A DNA stretch of 38,024 nt, from contig JALESO010000059.1 in NCBI GenBank assembly GCA_022781925.1, forward strand, positions 1 through 38,024. Reading direction: 5' to 3'. A program made the translations under genes and the position numbers. Shown here piece after piece: positions 27,369 through 36,643 of the stretch (its first letter is position 1; every line of letters starts with the position of its first letter). The DNA comes from Lachnospiraceae bacterium. Lineage in GTDB: Bacteria > Bacillota > Clostridia > Lachnospirales > Lachnospiraceae. The notes below the pieces were generated by a model, which searched no databases, had not been told where the DNA came from, and saw nothing but the letters and a program-made list of their open reading frames with translations.

Positions 27369-28567
27369 TTGTAAAAAAATTCGGCGGCAGTTCTGTGGCT
27401 GATAAGGAAAGAATTTTTAATGTAGCAAAGAGATGTATCGAAGATTATGAAGCAGGTAATGACGTAGTCGTTGTTCTGTCCGCAATGGGAAAGACAACAG
27501 ACCATCTCATCGAGATGGCACATGACATCAATCCGAAAGCTTCCAAGAGAGAGATGGATATGCTCCTGGCAACCGGTGAGCAGACATCCGTAGCTTTAAT
27601 GTCCATGGCTATGCAGTCTCTGGGCGTTTCAGCCGTATCTCTGAATGCATTTCAGGTAATCATGCATACAACATCAGCATACAGTAATGCAAAATTCAAA
27701 CGGATCGATACCGAGCGTATTTTTAATGAACTGGAACAGAGAAGAATCGTTATCATTACCGGTTTCCAGGGTGTCAACAAATACGATGACATCACAACAC
27801 TGGGACGCGGAGGTTCCGATACAACAGCGGTAGCACTGGCAGCAGCTCTGCATGCAGATGCCTGCGAGATCTACACAGACGTAGAGGGTGTATACACCGC
27901 AGATCCGCGTGTAGTTCCAAACGCAAAGAAACTGAAAGAAATCACATACGATGAGATGCTTGAACTGGCAACACTTGGAGCAAAAGTTCTTCACAACCGT
28001 TCTGTTGAGCTTGCGAAAAAATATGGTGTGCAGTTAGTCGTGCGTTCAAGTTTAAACAGAGCAGAGGGAACAATTGTTAAGGAGGAAACAGAAATGGAAG
28101 GCATGCTTGTTAGTGGCGTAGCAGTAGATAAAAACGCAGCGAGAATCGCAGTTATTGGTATTAAGGATGAGCCGGGAATGGCATTCAAGATCTTTGATCT
28201 TCTGGCAAAGAAAAATATTAACGTAGATATTATTTTACAGTCTATCGGCCGTGACGGTACAAAGGACATTTCCTTTACCGTATCACGTGACCAGATGGAT
28301 GAGGCTGTAAAAGTGCTGGAGGACAATCAGGCACGTGTCAAAGCACAGAAGATCGAGGCAGATCCGACCGTTGCAAAATTATCTATCGTTGGAGCAGGAA
28401 TGCAGACACATCCGGGCGTAGCAGCAGGTATGTTCGAGGCACTTTACAACATCGGTGTAAACATCCGTATGATCGGAACATCTGAGATCCGTGTTACGGT
28501 TCTGGTAGACGAGAAAGATGTAGATAAAGCAATGCGTGCAGCACACGACAGATTTATCGAGGACTAA
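27362..28567 (+). CDS. lysC: Aspartate kinase (monofunctional, with two C-terminal ACT domains)
   Basis: MLIVKKFGGSSVAD...VVVVLSAMGKTTD is typical of the aspartokinase amino-acid-kinase fold. It overlaps the upstream stop (ATGCTAA). Confidence 0.9.
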   Translation: MLIVKKFGGSSVADKERIFNVAKRCIEDYEAGNDVVVVLSAMGKTTDHLIEMAHDINPKASKREMDMLLATGEQTSVALMSMAMQSLGVSAVSLNAFQVIMHTTSAYSNAKFKRIDTERIFNELEQRRIVIITGFQGVNKYDDITTLGRGGSDTTAVALAAALHADACEIYTDVEGVYTADPRVVPNAKKLKEITYDEMLELATLGAKVLHNRSVELAKKYGVQLVVRSSLNRAEGTIVKEETEMEGMLVSGVAVDKNAARIAVIGIKDEPGMAFKIFDLLAKKNINVDIILQSIGRDGTKDISFTVSRDQMDEAVKVLEDNQARVKAQKIEADPTVAKLSIVGAGMQTHPGVAAGMFEALYNIGVNIRMIGTSEIRVTVLVDEKDVDKAMRAAHDRFIED

Positions 28568-28668
28568 TCGCAGATCTGTGTTTGCTTTCTTCTGACAAAA
28601 AACAGTAGACAGAGACTTGCAGGATCAATTCAGATCATACAGTCGTGTAAGAAAAAAACATAATAGAA

Positions 28669-28710
28669 AAGCAGGATTATTTCACTGATGGAAGTAATCC
28701 TGCTTCTTTT
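28669..28710. terminator. Bidirectional terminator between the convergent lysC and DUF975-like genes
   Basis: aagcaggatta-(15 nt)-taatcctgctt is an 11-bp stem with an A-tract 5' and a T-tract (tcttttcgttt) 3'. Confidence 0.6.
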
Positions 28711-28716
28711 CGTTTG

Positions 28717-29454
28717 TTAGCCAAGTTCCTTCAGGTTCAGGTAGAACTGTGTGTTTGTCTGAAGCATATAAGGAATGATCCACAGGAATCCGATGCCCAG
28801 TGTCAGACAGCCCAGCAGTCCCCAACCGATGAAAGACAGCTGCAGCAGAAAATAACGCATCTTACGGCCTCTCATCAGGTGAAAGCTTTCCCGCAGCGCT
28901 TCCATTACCCGGTAATCCGGATGATCAATAAGCAGATAGACTGCCTGGGAAAATGCAAAGCCAAGGATGATCTGAACGATGAGACCGATGGCCAGCAGGA
29001 TCAATCCGATGATCAGTGGAGAACTGATCCGGATGGAAGTTATGGTATCTGACTGTAATGCTGCGATTACCGTAACGGCAGTTCCCGGAAGTGTGCAGAC
29101 AAAGGAAATCAGAACGAGGATGAACTCACATCCGATGAATTTGTCCGGGCGGTTCCGGAAAGGATACAGAAGATCTGAAAACTGTGGCCGGGTGTCTCTG
29201 GCTGACTGCATATGCATGTAGGTGATACCGATGTTGAACAGGGATCCAATCAGGCTGACAAACAGCATACCGGTGTAGGCCCAGATAATACGGATGATGC
29301 GGGTATAGTAGATACCTTCCTGCAACATACGGGAAAATGGAATTTCAATCAGCGTGGAAATGAGCCAGGCCAGAATACCGGCACCAATGAGCACACTGTA
29401 ACGTCCAAGCAAAGCACTTCTGGCATTTGCTTTTAAATCTGCAAAAGATTTCAT
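28717..29454 (-). CDS. Polytopic membrane protein, DUF975-like (tentative family call)
   Basis: ATG at 29454 (minus strand), with GGAG 12 nt upstream. N-terminal MKSFADLKANARSALLGRYSVLIGAGILA, then 5-6 TM segments. The listed longer ORF to 29541 has no RBS. Confidence 0.65.
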   Translation of the reverse strand: MKSFADLKANARSALLGRYSVLIGAGILAWLISTLIEIPFSRMLQEGIYYTRIIRIIWAYTGMLFVSLIGSLFNIGITYMHMQSARDTRPQFSDLLYPFRNRPDKFIGCEFILVLISFVCTLPGTAVTVIAALQSDTITSIRISSPLIIGLILLAIGLIVQIILGFAFSQAVYLLIDHPDYRVMEALRESFHLMRGRKMRYFLLQLSFIGWGLLGCLTLGIGFLWIIPYMLQTNTQFYLNLKELG

Positions 29455-29510
29455 ATTGATATCATGCTCCAATCTGTTAAAATAGTGTGAGAACAAGGAG
29501 GAAGCAAAGG

Positions 29511-29948
29511 ATGAAAGAGACGGAACTGTCACTGGAGACAAGATTATACCGCTGCGGCTGGGTCATATTGATCGCCCTTGGTGTACTGAAACTTTTACAG
29601 AAAGTCCTGTTTCCGCAGTTTGTCCTGTCCTTTGGGACACGTCCCTGTGTTTTTTATACGCTGACGGGTTATTTCTGCCCGGGATGCGGCGGAACCCGAA
29701 GCCTTCGGGCGTTGCTTTCCGGAAAACTCTTCGTATGTGCGGTGGATTTCCCGATGATATTTTATGCCGCCGTGGTATTTGCCTGGTTTATGATCAGTCA
29801 GACCATAGACCGTATCAGCAGACACCGGATTCCCATTGGTATGAGATACCGTCACGCATGGGTATATGCTTCACTTGCTATCGTAGTCATTCATTTTGTC
29901 GTAAAAAATCTGTTTTATATAAAAACCGGAGTGGAACCGTTTTTATAA
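29511..29948 (+). CDS. DUF2752-domain membrane protein
   Basis: AAGGAGGA RBS. The signature CPGCGGTRSLRALLSGKLFVCAVDFP fits the pattern CPxCGxTRA...G...A...NP and is flanked by TM helices. Confidence 0.7.
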   Translation: MKETELSLETRLYRCGWVILIALGVLKLLQKVLFPQFVLSFGTRPCVFYTLTGYFCPGCGGTRSLRALLSGKLFVCAVDFPMIFYAAVVFAWFMISQTIDRISRHRIPIGMRYRHAWVYASLAIVVIHFVVKNLFYIKTGVEPFL

Positions 29949-30425
29949 ATAATCTCCGGAACCGTTATTATTAAGGATGGAATCTCCGTCGGAACCGTTG
30001 TCCGTGCCGGAATTATCACTGCCCGGATTCAGGTCGATGCCGAAATTCTGTTCCAGGGTGTAAGTATAACGCTCCAGGAATTTGTAAAATCCGCCGTATT
30101 GACGGCTGACGGTGATAAAGCTGCCAATGGTGATGACCACACTGATCAGGACACCGGCAGTGCCCAGGAGCAGGGCGGTGTGTGCAGCTCCATTTGTTTT
30201 CTTACGGGAACCTCTGGAGAGCAGTGCAAAAATAATTGCAAGGCCGCCAAAGACAAATGCACCGTACAGACAACAAACAGATACAATACTGAGAATGGAA
30301 CAGATCAGGGCAGCGACAGCCAGACCGTTGGATGCATTTCCCGGTGTGGGATTGCGATGGTACGGTTCCTGCTGATTCTGAGAATCCTGAGAATCGTTCC
30401 ATGGATTTTCATTTTGTTCATACAT
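29943..30425 (-). CDS. Small membrane protein with low-complexity termini (DUF4190-like, tentative)
   Basis: N-terminal Q/N/P-rich region, three TM segments, and a C-terminal D/N/G/S-rich tail. The GGAGG RBS (ccaaaggaggcac on the minus strand) precedes the ATG at 30425. Its stop overlaps the DUF2752 stop in a TTATAA palindrome. Confidence 0.65.
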   Translation of the reverse strand: MYEQNENPWNDSQDSQNQQEPYHRNPTPGNASNGLAVAALICSILSIVSVCCLYGAFVFGGLAIIFALLSRGSRKKTNGAAHTALLLGTAGVLISVVITIGSFITVSRQYGGFYKFLERYTYTLEQNFGIDLNPGSDNSGTDNGSDGDSILNNNGSGDYL

Positions 30426-30531
30426 GTTTTTGTGCCTCCTTTAGACAATGATTCTAACATGCACATCAGAAAATGACAACCGGAAGAATGTATGATACAC
30501 TATAACCGTTTAAGAAAGGAAAATCAGATAT

Positions 30532-32685
30532 ATGGATATAATCAGAAAACTTGCAGAAGAATTACAGATACGCCCGGCGCAGGCACAGGCGGCTGTCAAG
30601 CTGATCGATGAGGGCAATACGATTCCGTTTATTTCCCGTTATCGAAAGGAGGCAACCGGCGCACTGAACGATGAAGTGCTCCGAAATTTATATGAACGGC
30701 TGAATTACCTGCGGAATCTGGAGGAAAAAAAGGAACAGGTCATTTCTTCCATCGAGGAGCAGGGTAAGCTGACGGATGCATTAAAACAGCAGATCCTGGC
30801 AGCGGAAACACTGGTGGCGGTGGATGATCTGTACCGCCCGTACCGGCCGAAACGCCGCACCCGTGCTACTATTGCAAAGGAACGCGGGCTTGAGCCTCTG
30901 GCAAATGTGCTGTTGCTGCAGCAGCTGGATCATCCGGCCCAGGAAGAGGCCGCAGGCTATCTCTCAGAAGAAAAAGGTGTGGCGACGGCGGAGGATGCAC
31001 TTCAGGGAGCCATGGATATCGTGGCGGAGGCCATTGCAGATGAGGCAGACTACCGGACCTATATCCGTGAGAAAACCATGAAAAAAGGCACCCTGACGTC
31101 CAGTGCGAAGGATGAAAAAGCAGAATCTGTATATGAGATGTACTATGATTTTGAAGAGCCGGTGGCAAAACTGGCAGGACACCGGATCCTGGCGTTAAAC
31201 CGTGGCGAAAAGGAAAAAGTTCTGACCGTAAAACTGGAAGCCCCGGAGGAAGAGATCATCCGTTATCTGGAGAAAAAGACGCTGCACAGGGATAATCCAT
31301 ATACAACACCATATTTGAAAGAGGCTGTGGCGGACAGTTATGAGCGGTTGATCGCACCGGCCATTGAGCGTGAGATCCGGAATACGCTGACGGAGACAGC
31401 CCAGGAAGGCGCGATCCGTGTTTTTGGAAAAAATCTGGAGCAGCTGCTGATGCAGTCACCGATCCGGGGACAGGTGGTGCTTGGCTGGGATCCGGCGTTT
31501 CGTACCGGCTGTAAGCTGGCAGTGGTGGATGCCACAGGAAAAGTGCTGGATACGGTAGTGATCTTCCCGACAGCGCCGCAGAACAAAGTGGCAGAGGCGA
31601 AGGCAGTTTTGAAAAAACTCATCGCAAAATACCACATTACCCTGATCTCAGTAGGAAATGGAACCGCATCCAGAGAATCCGAGCAGGTGATCGTGGAACT
31701 GCTGAAGGAACTTCCGGTTCCGGTACAGTATGTGATCGTAAACGAGGCAGGCGCCAGCGTGTACTCCGCCAGCAAGCTTGCCACGGAGGAGTTCCCGAAT
31801 TTTGATGTGGGGCAGCGAAGCGCTGCTTCCATCGCCCGCAGATTGCAGGATCCGCTGGCAGAACTGGTAAAGATCGATCCGAAATCCATCGGTGTCGGTC
31901 AGTATCAGCACGATATGAACCAGAAGCGTCTGGGTGAGGCACTGGAAGGCGTTGTGGAAGACTGCGTAAATAAAGTCGGCGTGGATCTGAATACTGCGTC
32001 TGTGCCGTTGCTGGAGCATGTATCCGGCATCAACAAGACTATTGCGAAAAATATTGTTGCATACCGGGAAGAAAATGGTATATTTAAGAATCGGAAAGAA
32101 TTACTGAAAGTAGCAAAGCTTGGTCCGAAGGCTTTCGAGCAGTGTGCGGGTTTCCTGCGCATCAGCGAGGGTACACAGCCTCTGGATGCCACCAGTGTCC
32201 ATCCGGAGAGCTATGGTGTGGCAGAAGCACTGTTAAAGCAACTGGGCTATTCGAAGGATGAACTGAAAAAAGGCGCGCTTCCGGGACTGCATAAGAAGAT
32301 CCGTGATTATAAGAAACTGGCGGAGGAACTTGGTACCGGTGAACTGACCCTGCGGGATATCGTGGGTGAACTGGAAAAACCAGGCAGAGATCCCCGTGAA
32401 GATATGCCGAAACCGATCCTGCGCACGGATGTCCTTGAGATGAAGGACCTGAAACCGGGCATGGTCTTAAAGGGAACGGTGCGGAATGTCATCGATTTTG
32501 GCGCATTTGTAGATATCGGTGTCCATCAGGACGGCTTGGTGCATATTTCACAGATCTGCGACCGTTTTATCAAACATCCGCTGGAAGCCGTATCCGTCGG
32601 TGATATTGTAGACGTACAGGTGCTCAGTGTGGATGTGGCGAAGAAACGGATCGCGCTGACCATGAAGATAAAAGCAGACAAATAA
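30532..32685 (+). CDS. tex: Tex-like RNA-binding transcription accessory protein (YqgF/HhH/S1 domains)
   Basis: MDIIRKLAEELQIRPAQAQAAVKLIDEGNTIPFISRYRKE is the canonical Tex N-terminus. There is a C-terminal S1 domain. It is 717 aa. Confidence 0.9.
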   Translation: MDIIRKLAEELQIRPAQAQAAVKLIDEGNTIPFISRYRKEATGALNDEVLRNLYERLNYLRNLEEKKEQVISSIEEQGKLTDALKQQILAAETLVAVDDLYRPYRPKRRTRATIAKERGLEPLANVLLLQQLDHPAQEEAAGYLSEEKGVATAEDALQGAMDIVAEAIADEADYRTYIREKTMKKGTLTSSAKDEKAESVYEMYYDFEEPVAKLAGHRILALNRGEKEKVLTVKLEAPEEEIIRYLEKKTLHRDNPYTTPYLKEAVADSYERLIAPAIEREIRNTLTETAQEGAIRVFGKNLEQLLMQSPIRGQVVLGWDPAFRTGCKLAVVDATGKVLDTVVIFPTAPQNKVAEAKAVLKKLIAKYHITLISVGNGTASRESEQVIVELLKELPVPVQYVIVNEAGASVYSASKLATEEFPNFDVGQRSAASIARRLQDPLAELVKIDPKSIGVGQYQHDMNQKRLGEALEGVVEDCVNKVGVDLNTASVPLLEHVSGINKTIAKNIVAYREENGIFKNRKELLKVAKLGPKAFEQCAGFLRISEGTQPLDATSVHPESYGVAEALLKQLGYSKDELKKGALPGLHKKIRDYKKLAEELGTGELTLRDIVGELEKPGRDPREDMPKPILRTDVLEMKDLKPGMVLKGTVRNVIDFGAFVDIGVHQDGLVHISQICDRFIKHPLEAVSVGDIVDVQVLSVDVAKKRIALTMKIKADK

Positions 32686-32706
32686 ATCAGACGAGGAAAC
32701 AGACAT

Positions 32707-33141
32707 ATGAAGATAGAGACATTTTCAGCAGAAGAGACCTATGCACTGGGAAAAAAGCTGGGCAGTGAAGCAAAGCCGGGAGACGTCCTGACCCTGATCG
32801 GTGATCTCGGTGTGGGAAAGACTGTATTTACCCAGGGATTTGCAGATGGCCTCGGAATTACGGAACCCATCAGCAGCCCGACCTTTACCATTGTACAGGT
32901 GTATGAGGAAGGAAGGCTTCCGTTTTATCATTTTGACGTATACCGGATCGGTGATATCGAGGAGATGGACGAGATCGGGTATGAGGATTACTTCTACGGC
33001 AGCGGTGTCACTATGATCGAGTGGGCGAACCTGATCGAGGAGATCCTGCCCCAGGATTACCGGGAAGTACAGATTGAAAAAGATCTGGAAAAGGGCTTTG
33101 ACTACCGTACAATAACCATCAGGGAGGTGCATCGCGCATGA
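32707..33141 (+). CDS. tsaE: tRNA t6A37 biosynthesis ATPase TsaE
   Basis: The P-loop is LIGDLGVGKTVFTQG. It is 144 aa. Confidence 0.9.
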   Translation: MKIETFSAEETYALGKKLGSEAKPGDVLTLIGDLGVGKTVFTQGFADGLGITEPISSPTFTIVQVYEEGRLPFYHFDVYRIGDIEEMDEIGYEDYFYGSGVTMIEWANLIEEILPQDYREVQIEKDLEKGFDYRTITIREVHRA

Positions 33142-33857
33142 AACTTTTAGCTTTAGACAGTTCCGGACTCGTAGCCAGTGTGGCCATCGTGGAAGATGAC
33201 AACATGCTGGGCGAGTACACGGTAAATTATAAAAAAACACATTCACAGACACTGCTTCCGATGCTGGATGAAGTGGCAAAAATGATCGACCTTGATCTGA
33301 ACAGTATCGATGCCATTGCTGTGGCAGCAGGACCTGGTTCCTTTACCGGACTCCGTATCGGTTCGGCTACTGCCAAAGGACTTGGCCTTGCACTGGACAA
33401 ACCACTGATCCATATTCCGACGGTGGATGCCCTTGCCTGCAACCTCTGGGGCCATCAGGCACTGATCTGTCCGCTGATGGACGCGAGACGTCAGCAGACC
33501 TACACCGGTATCTATGAATTTAAAGATGGAGAACTGCAGACCATTCAGCAGCAGTGTGCTGTCGGCATCAGCGATATCGTGGCACAGATCAATGAGATCG
33601 GAAAACCGGTGACCTTTTTGGGCGACGGCGTGACGGTATTCCACGACTATATTGAAGATAATTGTCAGGTGCAGCATGATTATGCACCGGCGCATATGAA
33701 CAAACAGCGGGCAGGTGCTGTGGCATGGCTGGGTCTTCAGTATGCAAAAGAAGGCAAGTTTGAGACTGCGGCAGAACACTGTCCGGATTATCTGCGTCTG
33801 TCCCAGGCAGAGCGGGAGCGTCAGGAAATGCTGGAAAAGCAGCATGCCGGGGCATAA
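33138..33857 (+). CDS. tsaB: tRNA t6A37 biosynthesis protein TsaB
   Basis: MKLLALDSSGLVASVAI... The ATGA overlaps tsaE. Confidence 0.9.
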   Translation: MKLLALDSSGLVASVAIVEDDNMLGEYTVNYKKTHSQTLLPMLDEVAKMIDLDLNSIDAIAVAAGPGSFTGLRIGSATAKGLGLALDKPLIHIPTVDALACNLWGHQALICPLMDARRQQTYTGIYEFKDGELQTIQQQCAVGISDIVAQINEIGKPVTFLGDGVTVFHDYIEDNCQVQHDYAPAHMNKQRAGAVAWLGLQYAKEGKFETAAEHCPDYLRLSQAERERQEMLEKQHAGA

Positions 33858-33951
33858 GATGAGTGCTGTTTCTGAAAATAGGATAAACGACAAAGAAAAT
33901 GAATGGAACTGCGATACCGGTAAAACGAAAAGGATAAAGGAAAGAAAAAAT

Positions 33952-34407
33952 ATGGCAGTTCGTGAAATGCAGCCGGAGGATGTCCCTTCGGTGGCGGCTC
34001 TTGAGGCGGAGTGCTTTTCTGAACCATGGAGCGAGCAGGCATTTCTGGATGCCCTGAACCAGCCGGAGGCACTGATGATGGTGGCAGAGGATGCACAGCA
34101 GCTTCCGGTGGGATATTGCAGCATTTATCTGTCTCTGGATGAGGGTGAGATCACGAATGTGGCTGTGCGGCCGGATTGCCGGAAACAGGGCATTGCCAAT
34201 GCCATTTTAGATGCTGTTTTTGCAGAAGCACGGAGCCGTGGAGCAGAAAAGATTTATCTGGAAGTGCGCCAGAGCAATCTGCCGGCGCAGAAACTGTATG
34301 AAAAACATGGTTTTGAGTCCTGCGGGATCCGCAAAAATTTTTACCGGAAACCGACAGAACATGCCATAGTCATGTGCTGTGATCTGACACGGAGGATAAA
34401 AGCGTGA
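33952..34407 (+). CDS. rimI: Ribosomal-protein-alanine N-acetyltransferase (GNAT)
   Basis: The 152-aa GNAT has NVAVRPDCRKQGIANAILDAV, the acetyl-CoA site Q/RxxGxG/A. ATG at 33952. The listed 230-aa form overlaps tsaB and is rejected. Confidence 0.85.
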   Translation: MAVREMQPEDVPSVAALEAECFSEPWSEQAFLDALNQPEALMMVAEDAQQLPVGYCSIYLSLDEGEITNVAVRPDCRKQGIANAILDAVFAEARSRGAEKIYLEVRQSNLPAQKLYEKHGFESCGIRKNFYRKPTEHAIVMCCDLTRRIKA

Positions 34408-34634
34408 GAGAAGCGGGCATATTATATTGTAATTGCTGTGGAAAAAAGATTCCGGAGGGATGCGGCCGGGAAACGGAAGACTTTTTCCATTTTGAGAAGA
34501 CCTGGGGATATTTTTCCGGCAAAGATGGAACCAGTCAGACGGCGGATATCTGTGAATCCTGCATGGAGCAGTGGATGTCGCAGTTTCGGATCCCGCCGCA
34601 GACCGTGGAAAGGACGGAAATATTTGAATGTTAG
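34404..34634 (+). CDS. Small (76 aa) four-cysteine zinc-ribbon-like protein. Hypothetical.
   Basis: The GTG start overlaps the rimI TGA (GTGA) with GGAGG 8 nt upstream. Its stop overlaps the rnz ATG (ATGTTAG). It has CNCCGKK...CESCMEQ. The tight coupling on both sides argues it is translated. Confidence 0.55.
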   Translation: MREAGILYCNCCGKKIPEGCGRETEDFFHFEKTWGYFSGKDGTSQTADICESCMEQWMSQFRIPPQTVERTEIFEC

Positions 34635-35539
34635 ATGTATGTTTACTTGGTACCGGCGGTATGATGCCGCTTCCGTACCGGAAATTAACCGCGTTGATGA
34701 CGCGATACAACGGAAGTAATCTGCTCATCGACTGCGGTGAGGGCACCCAGGTGGCGATCCGGGAAAAGGGATGGAGCGTACACGATCTGGATGTGATCTG
34801 CTTTACCCATTATCATGCGGATCATATCAGTGGACTTCCGGGACTTTTGCTGACCCTTGGAAACGCGGAGCGCACCAGACCAGTGCATATGATCGGCCCG
34901 AAAGGACTGGAACGTGTGGTAAACGCACTTCGGATCATCGCGCCGGAACTGCCGTTTCCGATCGAATATCATGAGATCACGGAGCGGGAACAGGACTTTG
35001 AGATGAACGGTTACTGTATCCATGCTTTCCGGGTGAACCATAATGTGATCTGTTATGGTTATACGCTGGAGATCAAACGACAGGGCAGATTCGATGTGGA
35101 GCGTGCCCGCGGTCAGGAGATCCCGCAGAAATACTGGAGCCGTCTGCAGAAAGGTGAGATCATCGAGGACGGAGACCGTGTCCTGACACCGGATATGGTG
35201 CTTGGACCGCAGCGAAAAGGCATCAAGCTGACATATTGTACCGATACGCGACCGGTGCCTGTGATCGTAGAGTGTGCGAAACATGCAGATCTCTTTATCT
35301 GCGAGGGCATGTATGCGGAGAAAGAGAAAGAGGCAAAGGCCCGTCAGTACAAGCATATGACTTTTTATGAAGCAGCAAATCTGGCAAAAACAGCAGAAGT
35401 CGGAGCCATGTGGCTGACCCATTTCAGCCCATCCCTGACCAAAGCCGAGAGCTATATGGATGAAGTGCGCAAAATTTTCCCGGAGGCATCTCTCGGAAAA
35501 GACGGACGCAGCACGGAACTGGAATTTGAAGAGGACTGA
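34628..35539 (+). CDS. rnz: Ribonuclease Z (tRNA 3' processing, metallo-beta-lactamase)
   Basis: The HxHxDH motif is FTHYHADHISG. It is 303 aa. Confidence 0.9.
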   Translation: MLDVCLLGTGGMMPLPYRKLTALMTRYNGSNLLIDCGEGTQVAIREKGWSVHDLDVICFTHYHADHISGLPGLLLTLGNAERTRPVHMIGPKGLERVVNALRIIAPELPFPIEYHEITEREQDFEMNGYCIHAFRVNHNVICYGYTLEIKRQGRFDVERARGQEIPQKYWSRLQKGEIIEDGDRVLTPDMVLGPQRKGIKLTYCTDTRPVPVIVECAKHADLFICEGMYAEKEKEAKARQYKHMTFYEAANLAKTAEVGAMWLTHFSPSLTKAESYMDEVRKIFPEASLGKDGRSTELEFEED

Positions 35540-35616
35540 GATAAACGCACCGCAGGGAGCGGGCATTGATAAATAGATAAACATGCCGTACCAGATGCGG
35601 CAGATGGGAGAAAATT

Positions 35617-36642
35617 ATGGCAGAAAAAGACGTTTTGATTCTTGCAATAGAAAGCTCCTGTGATGAGACAGCCGCAGCTGTTGTCAAAAACGGCAGAGAG
35701 GTATTGTCCAACGTGATTTCATCACAGATTGCATTGCATACATTATATGGTGGCGTGGTCCCTGAGATCGCGTCCAGAAAGCATATCGAAAAGATCAACC
35801 AGGTGATACAGGAGGCACTGGATGAGGCACATGTGACACTGGATGACATAGATGCCATCGGTGTTACTTATGGTCCAGGACTGGTAGGCGCACTTCTGGT
35901 AGGTGTGGCAGCAGCCAAGGCCATCAGTTATGCAAAAAAGATCCCGCTGGTCGGAGTTCATCATATTGAGGGACATATCAGCGCCAATTATATAGAAAAC
36001 AAAGATCTGGAACCGCCATTTTTATGCCTGGTGGTATCCGGCGGTCATACCCACCTTGTAAAAGTGGCAGATTATGGCAAATACGAGATCCTCGGCAGAA
36101 CCAGAGATGATGCGGCAGGAGAGGCTTTTGACAAAGTAGCCCGTGCCATCGGCCTTGGTTATCCGGGTGGTCCGAAGATTGAAAAAGCGGCACGGGAAGG
36201 TGATCCGCTGGCAATTCCGTTCCCGAAGGCAAAAGTCAACGATAATCCGTATGACTTCAGTTTCAGTGGAGTAAAATCAGCCGTATTGAATTATATCAAC
36301 GGCTGCAAGATGAAAAATATCGAAATTGTACCGGCAGACATTGCGGCATCTTTCCAGAAAGCAGTGACGGATGTTCTGATCGCACATGCGATGCATGCGG
36401 CAGAAGAGTTCAAGATCGACAAGCTGGCCATTGCAGGCGGTGTGGCATCAAACAGTGTTCTGCGTGAGGGCATGCGTGCAGCCTGTGAAAAGAGAGGCAT
36501 TTCATTTTATCATCCGTCTCCGATTCTCTGTACAGACAATGCGGCAATGATCGGTGCGGCTGCATATTATGAATATATGGCAGGAACCCGTCACGGATGG
36601 GATCTGAATGCGGTTCCGAACTTAAAACTGGGAGAACGGTAA
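35617..36642 (+). CDS. tsaD: tRNA N6-adenosine threonylcarbamoyltransferase TsaD
   Basis: [15 protein letters not shown]...HHIEGH has the metal-binding His pair. It is 341 aa. Confidence 0.9.
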   Translation: MAEKDVLILAIESSCDETAAAVVKNGREVLSNVISSQIALHTLYGGVVPEIASRKHIEKINQVIQEALDEAHVTLDDIDAIGVTYGPGLVGALLVGVAAAKAISYAKKIPLVGVHHIEGHISANYIENKDLEPPFLCLVVSGGHTHLVKVADYGKYEILGRTRDDAAGEAFDKVARAIGLGYPGGPKIEKAAREGDPLAIPFPKAKVNDNPYDFSFSGVKSAVLNYINGCKMKNIEIVPADIAASFQKAVTDVLIAHAMHAAEEFKIDKLAIAGGVASNSVLREGMRAACEKRGISFYHPSPILCTDNAAMIGAAAYYEYMAGTRHGWDLNAVPNLKLGER

Positions 36643-36643
36643 G

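Noticed and set aside
28714-29436. Plus-strand ORFs (112, 80 and 74 aa) opposite the DUF975-like gene
   Set aside because: They are antisense to a clear membrane-protein gene and have no RBS.
33715-33951. 230-aa long form of rimI overlapping the tsaB 3' end
   Set aside because: The extension is low-complexity and lies over conserved tsaB coding. The GNAT domain starts at ATG 33952, where the protein is 152 aa as in RimI orthologues.
33243-34124. 293-aa minus-strand ORF antisense to tsaB/rimI
   Set aside because: It overlaps two conserved + strand genes. Its composition is typical of the reverse frame of GC-rich coding DNA.
34685-35584. 299-aa minus-strand ORF antisense to rnz
   Set aside because: It overlaps RNase Z entirely. 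It has no start context and a Cys/His/Arg-rich composition.
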